The notes below the pieces were generated by a model. That model was not told the DNA's origin. It was given only the letters and a program-made list of their open reading frames with translations, and did no database searches. From assembly GCA_041178085.1 (NCBI GenBank), contig JBEGVZ010000075.1:1-60502 (forward strand): DNA of 60,502 bases, written 5' to 3'. The stretch comes from Pseudomonadota bacterium. GTDB taxonomy: Bacteria > Bdellovibrionota_B > Oligoflexia > Oligoflexales > RGVZ01. Of this stretch, positions 27,059 through 35,897 are shown one piece after another (the first letter of the stretch is position 1; the number at the start of each line of letters is the position of its first letter). The position numbers and the translations under genes are program-made.

Positions 27059-28519
27059 TTGACGCGTCTTTTGCTTGTCGATGACGATCCTTGCCTTGTG
27101 GAACTTCTGGCCGCCCGTCTGCGCGGCGCAGGATTCGATTGTGACGCTGCAGAGAACCTGCCAGAGATGTTCGAACTGATGCGACGCGGGCGCTACGACG
27201 CCGTCCTGCTGGATGTGCACCTTGGCGAGGAGGATGGCACATCTGCCCTTCCCGTGCTGATGCGTGATCATCCCTTTTCGCGGGTTTTTGTGATGACAGC
27301 CCGTGGTTCTGTCGAGGCCGCTGTCCGGGCGATGGAGCAGGGGGCTGCTTCGTTTCTGGTCAAGGACGGTGAACCTGAATCCATCGTTCGAAAGTTGCGG
27401 TCATTCCTGGTGCCGGAAGGCACCGCCACGGGCACTGCATGTGCTTCAGGGCTGCGCGGCGAGGACTTCGGGTTGATCGGGCACAGTCCCGCCCTGGCCC
27501 GGGTCCTTGAGATGGTTGATATCCTGCGTGATGTCGACTCCCGGGTGCTCATCACAGGTGAAAGCGGGACAGGCAAGGAGGTCGTCGCCAAGGCGCTGCA
27601 TTCGACAAGCAAGCGTGCCAGCAGGCGTTTTGAGGCGATCAACTGCGGCGCGATTCCTGAGAACCTCCTGGAGTCAGAGTTGTTTGGGCACAAACGGGGA
27701 GCTTTCACGGATGCGAAGTCGGATCACAAAGGTTTCTTCGAGACCTGCTCTGAAGGGACGCTGTTCCTGGATGAGATCGGGGAAATGCCTCTTGCGCTGC
27801 AAGTGAAGCTTCTCCGTGTCCTGCAAGAGAGCCGTGTAACTCCAGTGGGCTCCAACCAGTCGATCAAGGTAAACACCCGCGTCATCACAGCTACCAACCG
27901 CAGTCTTGAGGAAGAAGTCAGGGCCGGCAGGTTTCGCGAGGACCTTTTTTACCGGATATCTGTCCTCAAGATCCATTTGCCATCTCTTCGTGAACGTCGG
28001 GACGACATCCCGCTTCTGGTCAATCATTTCCTTGGCATCTACAATGCGCGTTTTAGCAAGTCCGTGGCGGCGCCGACGGGTGAGTTGATGGCACGCCTTT
28101 CTGCCTGGGATTGGCCGGGCAACATCCGCGAGTTGCAAAATGCTGTCGAGCGGGGAGTTGTGTTGTCGCGAGACGGGCAGCTGCACATCGAACACATGCT
28201 CGAGGGTCATGGACTTGATGTCGTCGGTGTGGAACCGGCGGCAGGTTCCTCTGCGTCCACTGCTGCAGCGTTCGTTGACTACCTGGCGATGCCCTTGTCA
28301 GAAGCGAAGGAAAACTTTGAAAAGTATTATTTGCGTGAGTTACTCAAAATCTCCCGGGGCAACATCTCTGAGGCGGCGCGTCTGTGTGGTCGTTACCGCG
28401 CAGATATTTACCGTCTGATGATGAAGTACGGCATGACGCGCGAGGCGATGCTGGCGGAAGATCACAGTGGCATGGAGTTTGCTGGTCAAGATGAAGTCGT
28501 GAAAGGCCGGGGGCATTGA
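27059..28519 (+). CDS. sigma54-dependent response regulator (REC-AAA+-HTH, NtrC family)
   Basis: LLVDDD..LLD; GESGTGKE; GAFTDA; LFLDEIGE; FREDLFYR; WPGNIREL; GNISEAAR HTH. Confidence 0.95.
   Translation: MTRLLLVDDDPCLVELLAARLRGAGFDCDAAENLPEMFELMRRGRYDAVLLDVHLGEEDGTSALPVLMRDHPFSRVFVMTARGSVEAAVRAMEQGAASFLVKDGEPESIVRKLRSFLVPEGTATGTACASGLRGEDFGLIGHSPALARVLEMVDILRDVDSRVLITGESGTGKEVVAKALHSTSKRASRRFEAINCGAIPENLLESELFGHKRGAFTDAKSDHKGFFETCSEGTLFLDEIGEMPLALQVKLLRVLQESRVTPVGSNQSIKVNTRVITATNRSLEEEVRAGRFREDLFYRISVLKIHLPSLRERRDDIPLLVNHFLGIYNARFSKSVAAPTGELMARLSAWDWPGNIRELQNAVERGVVLSRDGQLHIEHMLEGHGLDVVGVEPAAGSSASTAAAFVDYLAMPLSEAKENFEKYYLRELLKISRGNISEAARLCGRYRADIYRLMMKYGMTREAMLAEDHSGMEFAGQDEVVKGRGH
28468..28483 (+). 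promoter_or_regulatory. sigma54 promoter embedded in the 3' end of the bEBP gene
   Basis: TGGCAT-GGAGT-TTGCT with GG-N10-GC spacing, ~75 nt upstream of ATG 28558. Confidence 0.7.
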
Positions 28520-28557
28520 CCCGGTTCCCAGCAATCAAGCCACAGGAGGAACAGCTC

Positions 28558-28815
28558 ATGGCAGAACTCACTGCCCGCACAGAGGAAGTCAACGACTTGA
28601 TGTATGACTGGATCAACATACTCAAGTGCAAGGCAGACGGCGTGTACGCCTACAAGCAATACCTCGCCGATGCGCGCAAGGACAAATCCAGTTGCTGCAC
28701 GGATCTGCTCAACCGGCTGATTGACGAGGATTCGCGCCAGCTGCTGGAAGTCAAGAAACACGTCCTGGGTCTGCTGGAGCAGGATGCTCGCAAACGGGGG
28801 TATAAAGCCGCATGA
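28558..28815 (+). CDS. Small helical protein, half-ferritin-like stress protein
   Basis: SD AGGAGG; 85 aa; NDLMYDWI.IL..KA.G..AY.QYL.DA...ED pattern. Family assignment is inference. Confidence 0.7.
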   Translation: MAELTARTEEVNDLMYDWINILKCKADGVYAYKQYLADARKDKSSCCTDLLNRLIDEDSRQLLEVKKHVLGLLEQDARKRGYKAA

Positions 28816-28985
28816 ATTCACCAGAACTTGAAAAGGCCCGCGTATGGTTGCGCGAGGTCGATGTCAATGAAGTGATTGAGACCACGAGTGAGCGCGTGCG
28901 CAAGGTGGTTCGCGAACATCCGCTGGCTTCAGTGGTTGGCGGTTTCCTGCTGGGCGTTCTTCTGGCGCGCCGCAGCCGGAGCTGA
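28812..28985 (+). CDS. 57-aa DUF883/ElaB/YqjD-like tail-anchored membrane protein (absent from ORF track)
   Basis: ATGA overlap with the upstream stop; MNSPELEKARVWLREVDVNEVIETTSERVRKVVREHPLASVVGGFLLGVLLARRSRS carries the VRExP-TM-RR signature. Confidence 0.82.
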   Translation: MNSPELEKARVWLREVDVNEVIETTSERVRKVVREHPLASVVGGFLLGVLLARRSRS

Positions 28986-29702
28986 CTTGAGGGCGTGGCG
29001 CAGCAGCAAAACCCGCCACATGGCTTCGTAGACGATACCCGATGACATTTTCGACTGGCCGACCTGGCGGTCGACAAAGATGATCGGAGTTTCTACGAAG
29101 CCAAAGCCGCTGCGCAGCGCCCTTGATTTCATTTCAATTTGGAAAACGTAGCCGTTGCTCTTGACTTCATCCAGTCGCAATGCGGCGAGGGTGGACCTGC
29201 GCCAGCCATTGAAGCCGCCGGTAAAGTCGCTGACTGGAAGGCCCAGGACAAGCCGGGCATAGATGCTGCCAAAACGGCTGATGCACCGGCGAAGGAAAGA
29301 CCAGTTGCGGGTACCGCCACCACGCACGTAGCGGCTGCCGATGACAAGGTCTTGTTTGTCCAGGAGTGCAAGGATTTCCGGCAAATACTTCGGATCGTGG
29401 GACAAATCTGCGTCCATCTGCACGATCCGGTCATAATCCCGGGCGAGCGCCCACTTGAAGCCATGGATATATGCGGTTCCCAGGCCCATCTTGCCGGCCC
29501 GTTTTTCCATGAAAACCTTGCCCGGTTGTTGCGCCATGAATCGCGAGATCTCCTCCCGCGTGCCGTCCGTTGAGTTGTCGTCGATGAAGAGCACGTGACA
29601 GTCCGGCGCATGGGCTGCAATTCCAGCCATCAGCAGCGAAATGTTGTCGCATTCGTTGTAAGTGGGAACGATCAGCAGTGCTTTTGCTTGTGAGCCAGAC
29701 AT
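28929..29702 (-). CDS. Polyprenol monophosphomannose synthase-like GT2
   Basis: VPTYNE, DDNS.DGT, GKMGLGTAY..GF, QMDADLSH.P, GSRYV.GG, SNGY.FQIEM. Confidence 0.93.
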   Translation of the reverse strand: MSGSQAKALLIVPTYNECDNISLLMAGIAAHAPDCHVLFIDDNSTDGTREEISRFMAQQPGKVFMEKRAGKMGLGTAYIHGFKWALARDYDRIVQMDADLSHDPKYLPEILALLDKQDLVIGSRYVRGGGTRNWSFLRRCISRFGSIYARLVLGLPVSDFTGGFNGWRRSTLAALRLDEVKSNGYVFQIEMKSRALRSGFGFVETPIIFVDRQVGQSKMSSGIVYEAMWRVLLLRHALKSAPAAARQKNAQQETANH

Positions 29703-29707
29703 AAGGC

Positions 29708-30181
29708 TCAGAATGTATCTGCCCTCCGGGGTGGTGTCAAAACCTCTGTCATGAAGGCGTCCAGAAGGATGGGCGCCGCTGTGACCAGTCCTCGCAACAG
29801 GACGGATTTTAAGGTGATTTCGGGTTGCCCGGCAGGGAATTCAGCTGCCGGGACCGCAGGTGACCGGAGTTCCCGGTAGGCGTCGAGCGGGATACTGGTC
29901 GGGCGATTATTGCCACTCCATGTCCGCGAGACCATCCAGCCTGCAAATGCGGCGCCGCCGATGGCAAGAAGGGGATGTTCGCGGATTGTCGACCGGACGC
30001 CAGCCGCTGTCCGGCTAGCCTGATTTGCAAAATTGCCGACACCGGAGATTGCGGCGGAGAACTCCCGGCTGCTCTGCTCGATTTCATCTGACAACTGGCC
30101 AATGTTGTCCTTCAGGCGTTTGCGTGCTGCGGCTATCCGGCGCAAATTGCCCGGGTTCATGTTGTCGCTGTCCATGTTCAC
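29708..30181 (-). CDS. DUF3618/DUF883-like membrane protein
   Basis: GTG after SD GGGAGG, overlapping the upstream stop; I...R..L...I..L helix, then IREHPLLAIGGAAFAGW. Confidence 0.75.
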   Translation of the reverse strand: MNMDSDNMNPGNLRRIAAARKRLKDNIGQLSDEIEQSSREFSAAISGVGNFANQASRTAAGVRSTIREHPLLAIGGAAFAGWMVSRTWSGNNRPTSIPLDAYRELRSPAVPAAEFPAGQPEITLKSVLLRGLVTAAPILLDAFMTEVLTPPRRADTF

Positions 30182-30558
30182 GGCGAGCCTCCCTTGGAGT
30201 TCCGGATATTTTGAATGCGCGGTGAAACCGGCAGCAAAAGGATTACAAATGCCAAAAGAAAGAATCCCAGTGCAGATAGTCCATAAAGGATACTGAGGGG
30301 CAAAGGATAAGTATCTGCAAGAAACTCGACCCCTGCGGCCCCCGAGAAAAGGGTCGCGATGATGATGAGTGGCATTGCGATGATTGCTTTGACGATTGTC
30401 CTTGTGATGCGGCGCCGTTCGCCGGCGAGGACATCCTTGGCGTTGGCGATAATTTTTTCTTGAACAGCGACAAGGGAAGCGGCGCTGATGATCCGCAAGT
30501 CTTCAACGATTTCGGCCACGATACGTCCTGATGGCCTGGCTTCCTGGGGCGTTTGCAT
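30178..30558 (-). CDS. YqjE / holin-superfamily-like two-TM membrane protein
   Basis: ATG at 30558; amphipathic N-terminal helix then two TM segments; typical partner upstream of DUF3618/DUF883 genes. Confidence 0.7.
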   Translation of the reverse strand: MQTPQEARPSGRIVAEIVEDLRIISAASLVAVQEKIIANAKDVLAGERRRITRTIVKAIIAMPLIIIATLFSGAAGVEFLADTYPLPLSILYGLSALGFFLLAFVILLLPVSPRIQNIRNSKGGSP

Positions 30559-30643
30559 TTTTTTGTCCGTCTTCCCTGATGGCAGATTTCTGGCCGGGTC
30601 AGATCCGGGAAAAATTACCGACCCATGCTCAAGTGGAGCGGGG

Positions 30644-30660
30644 TGCAAATGGTATGCCTG
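30644..30660 (-). promoter_or_regulatory. sigma54 promoter of the yqjE-like/DUF3618/GT2 operon
   Basis: Minus strand CAGGCAT-ACCAT-TTGCA with GG-N10-GC spacing. Confidence 0.62.
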
Positions 30661-30731
30661 TGATACAATCGGCGCGTTGCGGCTCAGGTTTCGGCTGCAG
30701 CGGATCGGGCATTTTGCCATGGAACGGCGTA

Positions 30732-32078
30732 ATGGCTTGCAGGTTGAAAATCCGCTCCCTATCCAGATCGCAGGGCATGTTGGTCCTGTTCTGGACTTGC
30801 TTTGGTGGTGCCCCTCTGCAGGCTGCAACCCCGGTTGTGGCGCGCGGTAGTTGTGTGTCCCTGAAGGCGGTCCTTGATTTTGCTGCCAGCCAGTCGGAGG
30901 CCATTCAGATTCAGGCTGCGGCGGTAAGCAAGGCGGAGGCCGCCCTGTCTGCGGCCCGGTCAGCGGTTCTGCCGTCGCTTGGCTTGACCGGTAGCGCCGT
31001 TGTGCAGGACGCGTCTGATTTGTCGTTGGCTGCTGGTGGCAAGCCATCGACGACCCAGACGTCCTCCCGGTTAACGCTGAGCCAGCCATTGTTCAAGGGT
31101 GGTCGTGAATACGCCGCACTGCGCGCCGCCAAGGCGGGTGTCGAAGCCCAAGCGACTTCCCTTGAAGCCACGCAGATCAAGGTCGCACGCGGGATCACAG
31201 CCCGCTATTTTGCCGCCCTTGCTGCCCAGGCTGAAGTCGCCGCGCTACAGGAACTTCGTGACTTGTCCAGCCGCCGTGACAGTCAGATTAAAAGCCGCGT
31301 CGCTATCGGCAAGTCGCGACCCACAGACGGCCTTGGGTCTGAAGTCCAACTGTCCAGCGCGAAGGCGCAGCTTGATGTCGCAACGTTGCAACTCGAGACA
31401 GCGCGTCACCAACTGGTTTCCGATGCGGGTATCCCGCTGGAGGAACGCCCGGTTCTCATGAAATCCGGTGTGTGCGATGTGACGCTCGGCAATGTACCGC
31501 TGGCCAACTGGAGTGACATCGAGGCGCGGATCTTGTCCCGCCCAGACTTGGAAGCCGAGCGCATTGCCGTGAAGATTGCCGGTGAATCTGTGGCAATTGC
31601 CCGTGCCGGCCATTTGCCATCCGTCGATCTGGCAGCCAATTACCATTTGAAGCGAGCCGACGCCCGTTTTGATGGCTCCGACTGGGACGTAACGCTTTCG
31701 GCGACGCTGCCCCTTTTTTCCGGTGGCGGTGTCAGTGCCGCCGTGCGTGAGGCCAAGGCCGTGGAAATGCAGCAGGCGTTGCGCTTGAAACTGGCGGAGC
31801 GGCAGGCCTTGGATGAGGGGCGCGATTTGTGGGAGCGATATAACACTGGCCGCAGACAGGTCGACTTGTTGCAGGAGGCCGCGTCCAAGTCCGAGTCCTA
31901 CTACCGTCGCGTCGCCCAGGATGAGCGCCTTGGTCTGGCTAGCAGCCTTGAGACCTTGCAGGCGCTGAACTCATCGATCGACGCGCGTCGCGCAGCCGTC
32001 AAGGCGCGGGTCCAGTTAGCGCAGACTTGGAGAGAGTTGTTGCTGGTAATCCGTGAACCCGCCGCAGGGATTGATTAG
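30732..32078 (+). CDS. TolC family outer-membrane channel
   Basis: Two repeats (LPSL.L...LSQPLFKGG and LPSVDL...LPLFSGG), RPDL motif; start uncertain. Confidence 0.9.
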   Translation: MACRLKIRSLSRSQGMLVLFWTCFGGAPLQAATPVVARGSCVSLKAVLDFAASQSEAIQIQAAAVSKAEAALSAARSAVLPSLGLTGSAVVQDASDLSLAAGGKPSTTQTSSRLTLSQPLFKGGREYAALRAAKAGVEAQATSLEATQIKVARGITARYFAALAAQAEVAALQELRDLSSRRDSQIKSRVAIGKSRPTDGLGSEVQLSSAKAQLDVATLQLETARHQLVSDAGIPLEERPVLMKSGVCDVTLGNVPLANWSDIEARILSRPDLEAERIAVKIAGESVAIARAGHLPSVDLAANYHLKRADARFDGSDWDVTLSATLPLFSGGGVSAAVREAKAVEMQQALRLKLAERQALDEGRDLWERYNTGRRQVDLLQEAASKSESYYRRVAQDERLGLASSLETLQALNSSIDARRAAVKARVQLAQTWRELLLVIREPAAGID

Positions 32079-32088
32079 GAAGCGACTG

Positions 32089-35000
32089 ATGAATATCTCA
32101 GAAATTTCCATCCGGCGGCCGGTATTCGCCTGGATGCTCATGGCGAGCTTGATCCTGTTTGGCTGGCTGGGCTTTCGCCAGATGGGTATTAGCCAGCTGC
32201 CTGATGTCGATTTCCCCGTGGTTTCCATTTCCACTGCCCTGGAAGGTGCCTCGCCCGAGGTGATGGAAGCAGATGTGGTGGACTTGATTGAGAACGCCGT
32301 GATCTCAGTCGATGGCATCACAAGCATTTCCAGTTCGATGCGACAGGGGTCTGCAAACGTCAGTCTTGAGTTTGACCTGGACAAGGACCTTGATATTGCC
32401 GTTCAGGAAATCCAGACGCGCCTGGCTCAGATCCAGCGACGTCTTCCCCGGGACACGGAAGTGCCGAGTGTTTCTAAATCCAACCCGGAGGACCAGCCGA
32501 TCATGTGGCTGGCGGTATCGTCAGACAAGATGTCGCGGCGTGAACTGATGGCCTTTGCCCGCGACCAATTACGCAGTCGCTTCCTGACCGTGCCCGGTGT
32601 GGCGGATATCAACCTCGGCGGCCTGGTCGACCCCGCAATCCGAGTCGATTTGACTTCCAGTGATCTTGCCCGCTACCAGATGACGGTTTCCGATGTCATC
32701 GGCGCAATCCGTTCGGAGCATGTGGAGTTGCCGGCCGGACGTATCGAGAATTCCGACAAGGAATTGTCGATTCGCGCACTGGGTGAGGCTAAAAGCGCGG
32801 AGGAAATGGGAGCCCTGCCAGTGGCCCGGCGTGGTGGCGGTCCGGTTTTTTCCAACATTCGTTTGCGCGATCTTGCCAAAGTGGATGACGGGCTCGTCGA
32901 TGCGCGGCGCCGCAGCCGGGCCATGGGAGCGCCCGCTGTTGGATTCGGCATCAAAAAGCAGCGCGGATCCAATGCCGTGGCAGTAGCCAAGGCGGTCAAG
33001 GCGCGCCTTGCCGAAGTGCAGAAATCTCTTCCTGAAGGGATGAATATTGGTGTCAATTTTGATTCCACCAAATTCATCGAAGAAAGCATCGATGAACTCA
33101 ATTTCACCCTGGTTTTGTCTGCGATCCTGACGGCTCTCGTCTGTTGGATGTTCCTCGGATCGTTCTCGGCGACCATCAACGTCATTCTGGCCATCCCGAC
33201 TTCGATCATCGGCAGCTTCATTGTTTTGAAGGCCCTTGGCTTCACCCTGAACCTGTTTACCTTGCTCGGTCTTTCACTTGCCATTGGTATCGTTGTCGAC
33301 GACGCGATCATGGTGTTGGAGAACATCGTCCGCCACCGCGAAATGAAAAAAGGCAAAGTCAAGGCAGCATTGGACGGGTCCCGCGAGATCGGCTTTGCGG
33401 CCCTTGCCGCCACCATTGCAGTGGTGGCGATCTTCCTGCCCGTTGCCTTCATGAAGGGCCTGATCGGCAAGTATTTCTTCCAGTTCGGTGTGACCATTTC
33501 GGTCGCTGTGTTGCTGTCCCTTCTTGAAGCGCTGACCCTTGCGCCTATGCGTTGCTCGCAATTCCTCTATGTCGGCGAACGCACCACGCGCATCGGACGT
33601 GCGGTGGAGAGCGGGTTTACTGGCCTTGCAATGGTTTACGGCAAGATCCTGCCTTGGGCCCTCAGGCATCGCTGGTGGACGATCGGCCTGTCGATTGTCT
33701 TGTTTGCCAGCAGTCTTCTAATGATCAAGCCTTTGCGCAAAGAATTTGTTCCGCCCCAGGATCAGGGATCCCTCCTGATCCGGATGAAGGCCCCCGAAGG
33801 GTCTTCGCTGGATTATACGGACCGCAAGATGGCAGAGGTGGAAAAGTTGATCGCTGCCAACGCCGATGTGGCTCGTTATTTTGGGTCCGTTGGTGGTTTT
33901 GGTGGTGGCGATGTCAATTCGGCGATTCTGTTCGTCACGCTGAAACCGCCTCGTGAACGCGCCGTGAATCCGGAACTGGGGCGTCGACCATCGCAGCAGG
34001 ATTACGCCACCCTGATGCGCAAGCAATTTTCCGAACTTAAGGGCATGAAGGTTTTCGTTCAGGACATGTCGCTGAGTGGCTTTGGCGGCAGACGCGGATA
34101 TCCCGTTGAATTCAATCTGCGTGGACCGGACTGGCAGGGGTTGACCGCTGCGGTGGACAAGGTCAAGGGTGTCATGGAAGCCTCTGGCCTGGTCACCGAT
34201 GTGGATAGCGATTTCCGCGGCTTTGTCGATGAAGTGCATGTCGTGCCAGACCGCCAGAAAGCGGCCCTGCGTGGGGTCAGCGCTTCGGATATTGGCGAAA
34301 CAGTCGGGGCGTTATTTGGTGGTGCGGTTGCAGGATCTTTCTCTGGCGGTGGTCATCGCTACGATATTCGGGTTCGCCTGGTTTCCGCTGACCGCTCCAG
34401 TGCTGACGACCTTAAGAAAGTTCTTCTGCGCAACAATCGTGGTGAGCTGGTTCCGCTGGGAGAGGTCGCCCAGATCAAAGTGGAGAAAGGTCTGACTTCG
34501 ATCACGCGCCAGGACCGGGAGCGTGCGGTGTCAGTGTATGCGAACCTCGCCCCCAAAGTCTCTCAGGCCGATGTCATTCGTAAGTTACAGGCGGATATCT
34601 CTGCGTCACTGCCGGAAGGCTACCGGCTGGTGCCGGGTGGCAGTTCTGAATCTTTTTCCGAGGCCCTTTCGGGACTGGTTTTTGCGTTGCTGCTTGGCAT
34701 TGCTGTGGCCTATATGGTGCTGGCTTCGCAATTCAACAGTTTCATCCACCCGGTAACGGTTTTGCTAGCCTTGCCTTTTTCGATCACAGGTGCCCTGGCA
34801 GGACTTCTTGTCACGGGCCAGAGCATCAACATTTACAGCGCAATCGGGATCATCCTGCTGACCGGTATCGTCAAGAAGAACTCCATCTTGCTGGTTGATT
34901 TCACCAACCAGCGGCGATCCGAGGGGCTTGGTGTCCATAAAGCCTTGATCGAAGCCTGTCCGACCCGCCTGCGACCAATTCTGATGACTTCGTTTTCGAC

Positions 35001-35169
35001 GATTGTCGCAGCAGTGCCAGCTGCGCTTACCTTTGGCCCGGGTGCAGAAAGCCGCGCGCCGATGGCAGTTGCCGTGATTGGCGGAGTGCTGGTGTCGACG
35101 GTCATGACCTTGCTGGTAGTGCCCTGTTTCTACAGTTTCTTGCCGGGGCGGCCAGAGACTGTTGAGTGA
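32089..35169 (+). CDS. RND efflux permease (AcrB/MdtB-like, HAE1)
   Basis: MNISEISIRRPV, GIVVDDAIMVLENI, KNSILLVDF, RLRPILMT. Confidence 0.96.
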   Translation: MNISEISIRRPVFAWMLMASLILFGWLGFRQMGISQLPDVDFPVVSISTALEGASPEVMEADVVDLIENAVISVDGITSISSSMRQGSANVSLEFDLDKDLDIAVQEIQTRLAQIQRRLPRDTEVPSVSKSNPEDQPIMWLAVSSDKMSRRELMAFARDQLRSRFLTVPGVADINLGGLVDPAIRVDLTSSDLARYQMTVSDVIGAIRSEHVELPAGRIENSDKELSIRALGEAKSAEEMGALPVARRGGGPVFSNIRLRDLAKVDDGLVDARRRSRAMGAPAVGFGIKKQRGSNAVAVAKAVKARLAEVQKSLPEGMNIGVNFDSTKFIEESIDELNFTLVLSAILTALVCWMFLGSFSATINVILAIPTSIIGSFIVLKALGFTLNLFTLLGLSLAIGIVVDDAIMVLENIVRHREMKKGKVKAALDGSREIGFAALAATIAVVAIFLPVAFMKGLIGKYFFQFGVTISVAVLLSLLEALTLAPMRCSQFLYVGERTTRIGRAVESGFTGLAMVYGKILPWALRHRWWTIGLSIVLFASSLLMIKPLRKEFVPPQDQGSLLIRMKAPEGSSLDYTDRKMAEVEKLIAANADVARYFGSVGGFGGGDVNSAILFVTLKPPRERAVNPELGRRPSQQDYATLMRKQFSELKGMKVFVQDMSLSGFGGRRGYPVEFNLRGPDWQGLTAAVDKVKGVMEASGLVTDVDSDFRGFVDEVHVVPDRQKAALRGVSASDIGETVGALFGGAVAGSFSGGGHRYDIRVRLVSADRSSADDLKKVLLRNNRGELVPLGEVAQIKVEKGLTSITRQDRERAVSVYANLAPKVSQADVIRKLQADISASLPEGYRLVPGGSSESFSEALSGLVFALLLGIAVAYMVLASQFNSFIHPVTVLLALPFSITGALAGLLVTGQSINIYSAIGIILLTGIVKKNSILLVDFTNQRRSEGLGVHKALIEACPTRLRPILMTSFSTIVAAVPAALTFGPGAESRAPMAVAVIGGVLVSTVMTLLVVPCFYSFLPGRPETVE

Positions 35170-35786
35170 CTTGATCCAGCTGAAACAGCCGCGCGGACCA
35201 GGTCGGCCACGGAGTCGGCATTCATCTTGGCCATGATGTTTGCGCGGTGGTTGTCTACGGTGTGAATGCTTATGCCGAGCTCGCGCGCGATCGCCTTGCT
35301 GGCTTTGCCTTCGACGACAAGGTCCAGCACCTCGCGTTCACGTTTTGACAGGCTGGCAATGCGATCGACCTCGGATTTCCGCCGCAACAAGCTATCCCGC
35401 GTCTCTGCATCACGCTGCAGTGCTTTCTGGACCAGAGTCACCAGGTGCTGGCCCTTGAAGGGCTTTTCGATGAAGTCGAATGCACCTGCTTTCATGGCCC
35501 GGACTGCGGACGAAACGTCGGCGTGGCCTGTGACAATGATGACCGGTAGGCTGGCCTGGTTTTTTTTGATCTGATCCAGAATTTCCAAGCCGTCGATGCC
35601 AGGTAGCCGCTTGTCGAGCAGGATGCAGCCGGCGGTCATTTCAGGTAGGCGTTTGATGAACTCGTCCGGGTCAGTGAAACCCTCAGTCGCCAGGTTTACC
35701 GATGCAAGCAACGTACAGACCAGATCGACAAAGGTGGGGTCGTCATCCAGAAGGTAGACTTTTGTTGGCGAAGATGTCTCGCGCAT
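35130..35786 (-). CDS. FixJ/LuxR family response regulator
   Basis: LLDDD, LLDKRLPG, TGHADV, DFIEKP, LSKREREV..HR.NIM.KM. Confidence 0.94.
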   Translation of the reverse strand: MRETSSPTKVYLLDDDPTFVDLVCTLLASVNLATEGFTDPDEFIKRLPEMTAGCILLDKRLPGIDGLEILDQIKKNQASLPVIIVTGHADVSSAVRAMKAGAFDFIEKPFKGQHLVTLVQKALQRDAETRDSLLRRKSEVDRIASLSKREREVLDLVVEGKASKAIARELGISIHTVDNHRANIMAKMNADSVADLVRAAVSAGSSHSTVSGRPGKKL

Positions 35787-35897
35787 AGGTAACCCAATGG
35801 CAAATTTTGTGGATTGGAAATGAATCGTTAAGCCACAAACCGATCCACTAGATAGAGTTTGTCACAAAAAAAAACCAAGTGTTATGGCGGGAAATCA

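Noticed and set aside
30178..30558. Prophage lysis cassette suggested by the holin-like gene
   Set aside because: No endolysin, integrase or structural genes; the context is the YqjE/DUF883-type stress cluster.
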